This document shows, one piece after another, positions 18,277 through 26,059 of a stretch of 32,756 nucleotides of DNA. Numbering within the stretch: position 1 is the first letter of the stretch; every line of letters starts with the position of its first letter. The notes under the pieces are model-generated. The model searched no databases, had not been told where the DNA came from, and saw only the letters and a program-made list of their open reading frames with translations. This DNA comes from Rhizobiaceae bacterium (GTDB taxonomy: Bacteria; Pseudomonadota; Alphaproteobacteria; Rhizobiales; Rhizobiaceae). The stretch covers positions 1-32,756 of the forward strand of contig JAEUMA010000569.1 in the NCBI GenBank assembly GCA_016793565.1, written 5' to 3'. Both the position numbers and the translations under genes were made by a program.

Positions 18277-18379
18277 CTAAAGCGTGTTGCGTGAAAAAGG
18301 ATTCACGCAACACGCTTTAGGTATTTGATTTTGCGCATGTCTTTGTCCCGAAACCGGTTCCCACTTTCGGGAGACATGC
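18277..18379. repeat. Double-palindrome intergenic element (RIME-like); the first hairpin resembles a terminator
   Basis: Hairpin 1 has perfect 19-bp arms (18277-18295 and 18302-18320) and a 6-nt loop, followed by GTATTTGATTTTG. Hairpin 2 has a 7-bp stem (18335-18341 with 18373-18379) plus an 8-bp stem (18346-18353 with 18365-18372), with a 4-nt bulge and an 11-nt loop. It ends 3 nt before the AGGAG SD of the next gene. Confidence 0.6.
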
Positions 18380-18393
18380 TTTAGGAGACGACG

Positions 18394-20160
18394 ATGCCTG
18401 AACCCGACCGGAGCCGGTGGCACCCGATCGCCGCCTCGCACGATTTGCCTTTTCGCCACGTCTATCATGCGCAGCTTCTCGGCCGCGAGTTCGCGGTCTG
18501 GCGGGCCGACGATGGCTACGTCAATGTATGGGAGAACCGCTGCCTGCACCGCGGCGTCCGGCTTTCCATCGGCATGAACGACGGGCGCGAGCTGAAATGC
18601 CAGTATCACGGCTGGCGCTACGCCAACCGCACCGCCGGCTGCACTTACATCCCTGCCCATCCGGCCGACGCGCCGGCGCGCACCATCACCAACCGCACCT
18701 TTCCGGCGGTCGAGCGCTACGGCCTGGTCTGGTCGGCCGAAGAGCCGGTCGGCGAGGTGCCGGCGCTGGCGGGCGTCACCGAGGGGCGCCAGCTCGTGCT
18801 GCGTGGCATCCCGGTCAATGCGGCGGCCGAGGACGTGGCGGAGAGGCTGAGATCCTACCGCTTCCAGCCGAACGGCGCACTCGACGGCAAGGACGCAGAA
18901 GTGGCGCTGGAGGCGGCGTCGGATACGTCCGTGGCGCTGCGCTCCCGCGAGGCCGGCGCCGACACGCTGGCGGTCTTCTTCGTGCAGCCGGTTGATGCCG
19001 GCCGCTCGGTGATTCGAGGCGTGCTGGATGACGATGCCGAAGGTCCGCAGCGTATCGCGGTGATGAGGCACCACAACCGGCTGCTGTCCAAGCTACGCGA
19101 CGAGGCGGAGCGCGAGGCTGCTGGAAAGCCTGCGCCAGCGTCCATCGAGCCGGTCTATGAGCGCGTGTCGGCCGAACTGGCGGAGATGCCGGAGGTTACC
19201 CCGCATGGCCGCAAGGCGGCGCTGCGCGTCGAGGTGGCAAGAAAGTTCGCGGCCGCCGACGGCATCGCCGGATTCGAACTGAGGCCGATCAAGGGCCTGC
19301 TGCCGACCTTCCAGCCCGGCGCGCATATCGACGTCCATATGCCCAATGGCGAGATCCGCCAGTATTCCATCACAAATGGGCCGGGCGAGAGCGCCAGCTA
19401 TGTCATCGGCGTCAAGCTGGAGCCGGACTCCAAGGGCGGCTCGAAATGCATGCACGAGACCGTCCGCGAGGGCGACGTGCTGGCGATCTCGGAGCCACGC
19501 AACAATTTTCCGCTGCGTCGCGACGCGCTGAAGACACTGTTCATCGCCGGCGGCATCGGCATCACGCCGCTGCTTGCCATGGCGCAGGCGCTGCAGAACC
19601 AGCGGCTTGCCTTCGAACTGCACTATTTCGCGCAGAACGAGAGCCAGATGGCATTTCGCGACCGCCTGGCCGCGCTCGGTTCGTCACTCCGGCCGCATCT
19701 CGGCCTCGATCCGGCAGCCACCGGCGCCGAGTTGCGCCGACTGCTCCACGGCTACGAGGCAGGCCGGCAGGTCTATCTTTGCGGACCGGGGCCGATGCTG
19801 GAGGCAGCGCGATCGATCGCTGCGGAACTCGGCTGGCCGGATTCTTCCGTGCACTTCGAGTATTTCAAGAACACCAACACGATCGACGACAGCTCGAGCT
19901 TCGAGGTAGCGCTGGCGCGTTCGGTCATGACGCTACAGGTGCCGGCCGGCCGCACTATCCTGGAGGTCATCCGCGAGAACGGCATCGAGATGCCGTCTTC
20001 GTGCGAGCAGGGCGCCTGCGGCACCTGCCTCTGCACCGTCATCGAGGGCGAGCCGGACCATCAGGACGTCTATCTCAACGACGCCGAGCGGCGCGCGGGG
20101 ACAAAGATCCTCACCTGCGTGTCGCGCTCCAAGTCGCCGCGCCTGGTGCTGGATCTGTGA
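18394..20160 (+). CDS. Fusion protein: N-terminal Rieske [2Fe-2S] domain, degenerate oxygenase-core remnant, and PDR/VanB-type reductase (FMN, NAD, plant-type [2Fe-2S]); NdmD-like architecture
   Basis: CLHRG-x14-CQYHGW at 18541-18609 (CxH-x16-CxxH spacing). RQYS, GGIGITPLLAM and YLCGPGPM motifs. CEQGACGTCLC...C at 20002-20118. AGGAG SD 6 nt upstream of the start. Confidence 0.85.
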   Translation: MPEPDRSRWHPIAASHDLPFRHVYHAQLLGREFAVWRADDGYVNVWENRCLHRGVRLSIGMNDGRELKCQYHGWRYANRTAGCTYIPAHPADAPARTITNRTFPAVERYGLVWSAEEPVGEVPALAGVTEGRQLVLRGIPVNAAAEDVAERLRSYRFQPNGALDGKDAEVALEAASDTSVALRSREAGADTLAVFFVQPVDAGRSVIRGVLDDDAEGPQRIAVMRHHNRLLSKLRDEAEREAAGKPAPASIEPVYERVSAELAEMPEVTPHGRKAALRVEVARKFAAADGIAGFELRPIKGLLPTFQPGAHIDVHMPNGEIRQYSITNGPGESASYVIGVKLEPDSKGGSKCMHETVREGDVLAISEPRNNFPLRRDALKTLFIAGGIGITPLLAMAQALQNQRLAFELHYFAQNESQMAFRDRLAALGSSLRPHLGLDPAATGAELRRLLHGYEAGRQVYLCGPGPMLEAARSIAAELGWPDSSVHFEYFKNTNTIDDSSSFEVALARSVMTLQVPAGRTILEVIRENGIEMPSSCEQGACGTCLCTVIEGEPDHQDVYLNDAERRAGTKILTCVSRSKSPRLVLDL

Positions 20161-20167
20161 GGGCTGC

Positions 20168-20815
20168 ATGATCACGCTCTACGACTACGAACTCTCCGGC
20201 AATTGCTATAAGCTGCGTCTGTTGATGAGCATGCTGGGCGTCAAGTACAAGGCGGTGCCGGTCGACTTCTATCCCGGCCGCGAGCACAAGTCGGAGTGGT
20301 TCCTGGCGATCAACCCGCTCGGCCAGCTGCCCGTCATCGAGGATGACGGCCTGATACTGCGCGACGCGCAGGCGATCCTCGTCTATCTGGCGGCCAGATA
20401 TGATCCGTCGAAAAAATGGTATCCCGTCGACGACCCGAAAATGCTGGGCGAGATCGGGCAGTGGCTGGCCTTCGCAGACGGTATCACCAGCACCTCCTCC
20501 GCCGCCCGCCTGCATGACGGCCTGTTCTATGATTTCGATGTCGACGCCGCGCGTGCAGGCGCGCACCGGCTCTTCCGCATCCTTGACGAACACCTTTGGT
20601 TCGGCGAGCAGGAAGGTCGCGAATGGATATGCTCCGCGCCGCACCCAACGGTCGCCGACATAGCCTGCTTCCCCTACATCATGCTATCGGAAGAAGGGGG
20701 TATCCCGAGACAGGACTATTCTGCCATCCGCCGCTGGTGCGACCGCGTCAAGCGCATCGATGGCTTCGTGGTAATGTCCGGCGTCTTCCCCGCGAGCCCC
20801 GCAAGGGCCGCCTGA
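20168..20815 (+). CDS. Glutathione S-transferase family protein (possible NdmE-like structural subunit)
   Basis: 215 aa. N-terminal thioredoxin-like GST fold (LSGNCYKLRLLMSMLGVKY, INPLGQLPVIEDDGLILRDAQAILVYLA). Starts 7 nt after the reductase stop. Confidence 0.85.
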   Translation: MITLYDYELSGNCYKLRLLMSMLGVKYKAVPVDFYPGREHKSEWFLAINPLGQLPVIEDDGLILRDAQAILVYLAARYDPSKKWYPVDDPKMLGEIGQWLAFADGITSTSSAARLHDGLFYDFDVDAARAGAHRLFRILDEHLWFGEQEGREWICSAPHPTVADIACFPYIMLSEEGGIPRQDYSAIRRWCDRVKRIDGFVVMSGVFPASPARAA

Positions 20816-20879
20816 ACATTGAAATCCAACGACCGGCCGGCCGCGGCCCGCCGGCAATCCGCATCTGGAGGTATTGCCC

Positions 20880-22007
20880 ATGAAGACCCGTGCCGCCGTC
20901 GCCGTCGCAGCCGGAAAACCGCTGGAAATCATGGAAGTCGACCTCGAAGGGCCGAAGGCCGGCGAGGTTCTCATCGAGGTGAAGGCGACAGGCATCTGCC
21001 ATACCGACGAGTTCACGCTGTCGGGTGCGGATCCGGAAGGGCTGTTCCCGGCTATCCTGGGTCATGAGGGCGCCGGCGTCGTGGTGGACGTCGGTCCAGG
21101 CGTGACCAGCGTCAAGAAGGGTGACCACGTCATCCCTCTCTACACGCCGGAATGCCGCCAGTGCCCGTCCTGCCTGTCGCGCAAGACAAACCTCTGCACG
21201 GCGATCCGCGCCACCCAGGGCCAGGGCTTGATGCCGGACGGCACCAGCCGCTTCTCCATCGGTAAGGACAAGATCTTCCACTATATGGGCTGCTCGACCT
21301 TCTCTAACTTCACCGTGCTGCCCGAGATCGCCGTCGCCAAGGTCAATCCCGACGCGCCCTTCGATACGATCTGCTACATCGGCTGCGGCGTCACCACGGG
21401 CGTCGGCGCCGTGTTCAACACCGCCAAGGTCGAGCAGGGCGCCACCGCCGTGGTGTTCGGCCTCGGCGGAATCGGCCTTAACGTCATCCAGGGCCTCAAG
21501 CTCGCCGGTGCCGACATGATCATCGGCGTCGACCTCAACAACGACAAGAAGGCTTGGGGCGAGAAGTTCGGGATGACGCATTTCGTCAACCCGAAGGAGA
21601 TCGACGGCGATATCGTTCCGCATCTTGTCAACATGACCAAGCGTGGCGCCGACCAGATCGGCGGCGCCGACTACACGTTCGACTGCACCGGCAACGTCAA
21701 GGTGATGCGCCAGGCGCTGGAGGCCAGCCATCGCGGCTGGGGCCAGTCGATCGTCATCGGCGTGGCCGGCGCCGGCCAGGAGATTTCCACCCGGCCGTTC
21801 CAACTGGTCACCGGCCGCGTCTGGAAGGGCACCGCCTTCGGCGGGGCGCGCGGCCGCACCGACGTGCCGCGCATCGTCGACTGGTATATGGACGGGAAGA
21901 TCCAGATCGACCCGATGATCACGCACCGGCTGACCCTTGACGAGATCAACAAGGGTTTCGACCTCATGCATGCGGGAGAGTCGATCCGCAGCGTGGTCGT
22001 CTACTAA
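20880..22007 (+). CDS. frmA: S-(hydroxymethyl)glutathione dehydrogenase / class III alcohol dehydrogenase
   Basis: The track start at 20874 is a TTG. The ATG at 20880 has a GGAGG SD 8 nt upstream. Near-collinear with E. coli FrmA as remembered: [54 protein letters not shown]. Confidence 0.92.
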   Translation: MKTRAAVAVAAGKPLEIMEVDLEGPKAGEVLIEVKATGICHTDEFTLSGADPEGLFPAILGHEGAGVVVDVGPGVTSVKKGDHVIPLYTPECRQCPSCLSRKTNLCTAIRATQGQGLMPDGTSRFSIGKDKIFHYMGCSTFSNFTVLPEIAVAKVNPDAPFDTICYIGCGVTTGVGAVFNTAKVEQGATAVVFGLGGIGLNVIQGLKLAGADMIIGVDLNNDKKAWGEKFGMTHFVNPKEIDGDIVPHLVNMTKRGADQIGGADYTFDCTGNVKVMRQALEASHRGWGQSIVIGVAGAGQEISTRPFQLVTGRVWKGTAFGGARGRTDVPRIVDWYMDGKIQIDPMITHRLTLDEINKGFDLMHAGESIRSVVVY

Positions 22008-22077
22008 CCGGCCGCGCCGCAAAAACTAGCGCATTCGACAAACGCGACTGAACGCCATTGGAAAGGGAGGAACTGCC

Positions 22078-22650
22078 ATGGCCAACGTCTCGATCCACCC
22101 CGCCGTCGACGGCGGGGTGAAGAAGGGCAGCGCAAGCTTCGCCGGCGGCACGCTGGTTTGCCTTTGCGCCAGCAAACCGGTGAAGGTCAAGGTCAAGGGC
22201 AACGTCGCCCACGACCATGCCTGCGGCTGCACCAAATGCTGGAAGCCGGAGGGGGCGATCTTCTCCGTGGTAGCGGTGGCGGCGACCGGCGATGTGACGG
22301 TGACCGAGAACGGCGACAAGCTGAAAGTGGTCGATCCGAGCGCTCTGATCCAGCGTTACGCCTGCACCGGCTGCGGCGTGCACATGCACGGGCCGGTCGA
22401 GCGCGACCATGCCTTCAAGGGCTTGACCTTCGTGCATCCGGAACGTTTCCAGGAATCCGGCTGGGCCGAGCCCGGCTTCGCGGCTTTCGTCTCCTCGGTG
22501 ATCGAGTCCGGCGTCGACCCGAGCCGCATGGACGGCATCCGTGCACGGCTGAAGGAACTGGGGCTGGAGCCTTATGACTGCCTCAACCCGCCGTTGATGG
22601 ATTATCTGGCGACCTTCGCGGCCAAAAAGTCCGGCGCGCTCAAGGCCTGA
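22078..22650 (+). CDS. gfa: S-(hydroxymethyl)glutathione synthase (glutathione-dependent formaldehyde-activating enzyme)
   Basis: 190 aa with an AAGGGAGGAA SD. Matches Paracoccus Gfa as remembered: [56 protein letters not shown]. Confidence 0.9.
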   Translation: MANVSIHPAVDGGVKKGSASFAGGTLVCLCASKPVKVKVKGNVAHDHACGCTKCWKPEGAIFSVVAVAATGDVTVTENGDKLKVVDPSALIQRYACTGCGVHMHGPVERDHAFKGLTFVHPERFQESGWAEPGFAAFVSSVIESGVDPSRMDGIRARLKELGLEPYDCLNPPLMDYLATFAAKKSGALKA

Positions 22651-23527
22651 CCGTCGCCTTGTCGGGCGCTCCGTCCGACGCCGTCATTCCGTAGGCGGTG
22701 TCGGCGGCGCCTTCTGCAACGTCGCTCGGCACGCGATAACCCTTGTTGGCGCGCACCTCGCGTGGCGACATGCCGAACTGCTGCGCAATCTGCCGCGAGA
22801 AGTGGAACGGGTTCTTGTAGCCGCACTGATAGGCGATCTCGGAAAGCGTCAGGCCGGTCTGGAGAAGCAGCGTATGCCCGCGTGCGGCGCGGCGCTGCCA
22901 GAGGTAGCGCACCGGGGTGATGCCCAGATGCCGCCGGAAAGCCGAGACGAGATGCTGCGGCGTCACCCCGACAAGCCCGGCCAGCCGCTCGACTGTGATC
23001 TCCTTGTCGAAATTCTCCTCGATGTATAGGCGTGCGCGCAGCACCGAGCGCGGAATGAGCTTCTCCTGTTCGGAGAGCTGGGCGTCGTGGAAATAGGCGA
23101 GAAAGATCGACTGGCCGAGCGCGTTGCGCAGCGCATTGAGGTTGGAAGACGAGCCCGAGCCGAGTTCGACGCCCAGCCTCTGCAACGTCTCCACGCGGGC
23201 GGAAAGTGGCACCTGCGCCGGCAGCTCGGCGAGGCGAACGTTCGAACTCGTCACCGATGTTTCGTTCGAGGCTCCACCTTCGCACCAGCTCGCCCAGGTG
23301 CGCCTACCCTCAACGTAGTCGATCAGAAGATTTCGTTCGTTGCGGAAAAAGCCGCAGCTGCGACGCTCGATGATGGTTTCCACCCCGTCGCAGACGACGC
23401 GCGCGCGGCCTTCGTGGATGATCAGCAGCGTCAGGTAGCTGTTCTGCAGGGGGCCGTAGCGCCCACCATTGGGATAGATCGCCTCCCCGAAGGCGAAACC
23501 GCGCGCGGGGTCAAGCAGTGTGTGCAT
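22640..23527 (-). CDS. AraC-family transcriptional regulator
   Basis: C-terminal double HTH ([33 protein letters not shown]..., [32 protein letters not shown]) with an N-terminal cupin-like sensor region. Divergent from the Rieske gene at 23714. Confidence 0.9.
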   Translation of the reverse strand: MHTLLDPARGFAFGEAIYPNGGRYGPLQNSYLTLLIIHEGRARVVCDGVETIIERRSCGFFRNERNLLIDYVEGRRTWASWCEGGASNETSVTSSNVRLAELPAQVPLSARVETLQRLGVELGSGSSSNLNALRNALGQSIFLAYFHDAQLSEQEKLIPRSVLRARLYIEENFDKEITVERLAGLVGVTPQHLVSAFRRHLGITPVRYLWQRRAARGHTLLLQTGLTLSEIAYQCGYKNPFHFSRQIAQQFGMSPREVRANKGYRVPSDVAEGAADTAYGMTASDGAPDKATVRP

Positions 23528-23713
23528 CGCACAATCCGACGCCTGATCGGCGCCGCCCCTTGGAAAGGCCTCAGCCTAGCGCCATGCGATCTTAATTCAA
23601 GATATGCATTGAACCGATTGAGGCATTCCGTCGCCCGCCTGGTTGGACCACATTTCGCAGCGGGCCGGCATCACGCCGTCTAAGCCAGCATCGACCTCGT
23701 CGGGAGCCAGCGC

Positions 23714-24769
23714 GTGTTTTTGCCAACCGATCATTCCAAGGTCCGCACCGAACTGCCGCGCGGCTGCACCTTCGATGAACGGGACTGGCATATCCTGGCA
23801 GGCTTCTGGCATCCCGTCGCCTTCGCGCATGACATCGCCGACAGCCCGGTGAGGGCGCGTCTGCTGGACGTCGACCTGGTCATCTACCGCACGGCGCAAG
23901 GGATCACGGTTGCCCGTGACCTCTGCCCGCATCGCGGAACCCGCATCAGCGCCGGCTGGATAAAGGACGACAGCCTCGTCTGTCCCATGCACGGGCTGGA
24001 ATTCGGGCATGGCGGTACCTGCACAAAGATCCCGTCCGTTGCCAACTCACAAGGCCGCATACCGCCCAAGCTCCGGCTGCAGACCTGTCTGTCGCAACTG
24101 CGCTACGGAATCGTTTGGGCTTGCCTCAAGCCGGAGCCGATCTGGCAGCTTCCGGAGTGGGAGGGCATCGGCAACCCGGATCTGCGCAATGTCTACGTGC
24201 CGAACGGCACCTGGTATGCCTCGGCCAGCCGTCATGTCGAGAACTTCAACGACGTGGCGCACTTCCCCTTCGTGCACACGAAGAGCTTCGGCGGCAGCCC
24301 AGCGGAGCCCATACCGCCCTACGACGTCGAGCACACCGATTTCGGCCTTCGCTTCGCCTTCCCCTACCACGAGGGCTTCAACCGGTTCCCCGACGGCGTG
24401 CCGGGCACGGAGCGCGATGTCGTCTACACCTACGAACTGACCTTTCCGTTCTCGACGATCATCAAGATCGCTCCGGTGGGCTCCGACTACGTCAACTATT
24501 TCGCGGACACGGTGTGCCCCGTCTCGGCGCGAGAGACGCGCATCTTCCAGGTGATGACCGACACCACCGGCGATCCGGATGACGAGCACTGGATCAAGGA
24601 TGCCCTCCTCATCAACGACGAGGACAAGCCGATGGTGGAGGAGCAGCGGCCGGAGGAACTGCCGCTCGACCTGACCGAAGAAATCCATATCCCGTCCGAT
24701 CGGATGTCGCTCGAATATCGCCGCGCTCTTGCGAAGAAATTCGGCCTCGGCGCTCCAATTTCAAGCTAG
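23714..24769 (+). CDS. Rieske non-heme iron oxygenase alpha subunit with intact Rieske domain (VanA/NdmA-class monooxygenase/demethylase type)
   Basis: GTG start with a GGGAG SD 7 nt upstream. Rieske motif CPHRG-x14-CPMHG (23924-23992). Iron motif ENFNDVAHFPFVH. NDEDKPMVEEQ block. Confidence 0.85.
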   Translation: MFLPTDHSKVRTELPRGCTFDERDWHILAGFWHPVAFAHDIADSPVRARLLDVDLVIYRTAQGITVARDLCPHRGTRISAGWIKDDSLVCPMHGLEFGHGGTCTKIPSVANSQGRIPPKLRLQTCLSQLRYGIVWACLKPEPIWQLPEWEGIGNPDLRNVYVPNGTWYASASRHVENFNDVAHFPFVHTKSFGGSPAEPIPPYDVEHTDFGLRFAFPYHEGFNRFPDGVPGTERDVVYTYELTFPFSTIIKIAPVGSDYVNYFADTVCPVSARETRIFQVMTDTTGDPDDEHWIKDALLINDEDKPMVEEQRPEELPLDLTEEIHIPSDRMSLEYRRALAKKFGLGAPISS

Positions 24770-24790
24770 CCGCAACTGGGGATATTTGAG

Positions 24791-26059
24791 ATGTCGCTGA
24801 TGCCGACCGGTCTGAACCAGATGGCACCCGCGCCCGGTGCGCCGGCCGGCGCATTTTGGGGCACGCCATTCCATTCCGCTACCGCAGCGCACAACAAAAC
24901 GACCTGGTGGTACGCCTGGGACAAATACGTCATTCCCGACGCCTACACGGACATGCCCTCCGAGTTGCGCGCCATCCGCGGCGCCGCGGCGCTCATCGAC
25001 ATGTCTCCGTTGCCGAAGATGGAAATCGCCGGACCGGAGGCGCACCGCCTCGTCAACCGTCTGATGACCCGTGACCTGTCGGCCATCGCGGTCGGGCAGG
25101 CGATGTATGCGCCTTGGTGCAACGAGCACGGCCTGCTGATCGGCGACGGCTTGGTTTTCCGCAGCGAGGAGCAGCGCTTCATCATTTCAGGCGAGGCCAG
25201 CCATGCGTGGTTCGCGGCCAATGCCACCGGGCTCGACGTCCAAGTCCGCGACGTGTCGGACGAGTTCGGCGTGCTTTCGCTGCAAGGGCCACGCGCCTTC
25301 GACGTGCTGGCGGCGGCCACCGGGCGCGACTGGTCGGCGCTGAAGTTCTCGGCCATGGCCAGGGCGCGGATCGCCGATGTGGATCTGTTCGTTGCGCGGC
25401 AGGGGTTCACCGGCGAACGCGGCTTCGAACTATGGGTGCCGCGCGACGGCGGTGCGGCGGTGTGGAACGTGGTCTACGAGGCCGGCGAGAAGTTCGGCAT
25501 CAGGCCGGCAGGCGAGTATGCAGTGGACGTCGCGCGCGTCGAGGCCGGGTTAATCCTGGTCTCCGCCGACTATACCGGCGCCGGTCCCGATCAGCGTTGC
25601 GCCCACGTCCAGGTCGCTGCCGACCTGACTGTCACCCCCTATCAGGCAGGGCTGGGCAAATTCGTCGATCTCGGCCGCGATTTCGTCGGCCGCGACGCTC
25701 TGGCACGCGAGCAGGGCGGCCCGCAAAACGGCCGCCGCCTGGTCGGGCTGCGCTACGACGCCGCCGAGATCCTTCGGCTAGCCGCCGCCAACAGCGCGCT
25801 GGGTACGGCACTATCGCGCGTCTACTGGGGTTCCATGACGGCATGGAAGGACGGGGCTGTCGTCGGCCGGGCGTCCAGCCTGTGCTTCAGCCCGACGCTG
25901 CGCCGCGCCATCAGTTTCGGGTTCCTGCCGGGCGATCTGGCTGAGCCGGGCGCATCGGTCGACGTGGAGATGAAGGACGATAGCGGGACTGGCATCGGTC
26001 TGGTGTGCGCGGAGGTGACGCGTCTGCCCTTCGTGGAGCTCAAGCGATCGAGCGGATGA
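24791..26059 (+). CDS. GcvT-family aminomethyltransferase-like, folate-binding protein
   Basis: 422 aa. Family blocks ELRAIRGAAALIDMS, FGVLSLQGPRA, ARQGFTGERGFELW, VDVARVEAGL. Confidence 0.8.
   Translation: MSLMPTGLNQMAPAPGAPAGAFWGTPFHSATAAHNKTTWWYAWDKYVIPDAYTDMPSELRAIRGAAALIDMSPLPKMEIAGPEAHRLVNRLMTRDLSAIAVGQAMYAPWCNEHGLLIGDGLVFRSEEQRFIISGEASHAWFAANATGLDVQVRDVSDEFGVLSLQGPRAFDVLAAATGRDWSALKFSAMARARIADVDLFVARQGFTGERGFELWVPRDGGAAVWNVVYEAGEKFGIRPAGEYAVDVARVEAGLILVSADYTGAGPDQRCAHVQVAADLTVTPYQAGLGKFVDLGRDFVGRDALAREQGGPQNGRRLVGLRYDAAEILRLAAANSALGTALSRVYWGSMTAWKDGAVVGRASSLCFSPTLRRAISFGFLPGDLAEPGASVDVEMKDDSGTGIGLVCAEVTRLPFVELKRSSG

Noticed and set aside
16778-18313. 511-aa minus-strand ORF opposite both Rieske-less oxygenase genes
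   Set aside because: It is antisense to two paralogous genes with strong SDs and conserved iron motifs. It also runs through their intergenic SD region.
20833-20854. GC-rich CCGGCCGGCCGCGGCCCGCCGG stretch between the GST gene and frmA as a possible terminator
   Set aside because: Only about 5 bp can pair in any register and no U tract follows. It is low-complexity GC sequence rather than a defined hairpin.
20748-22022. 424-aa minus-strand ORF opposite frmA
   Set aside because: The plus strand encodes a near-collinear FrmA. The minus frame is Asp/Ala/Gly/Arg-rich with no recognisable domain.
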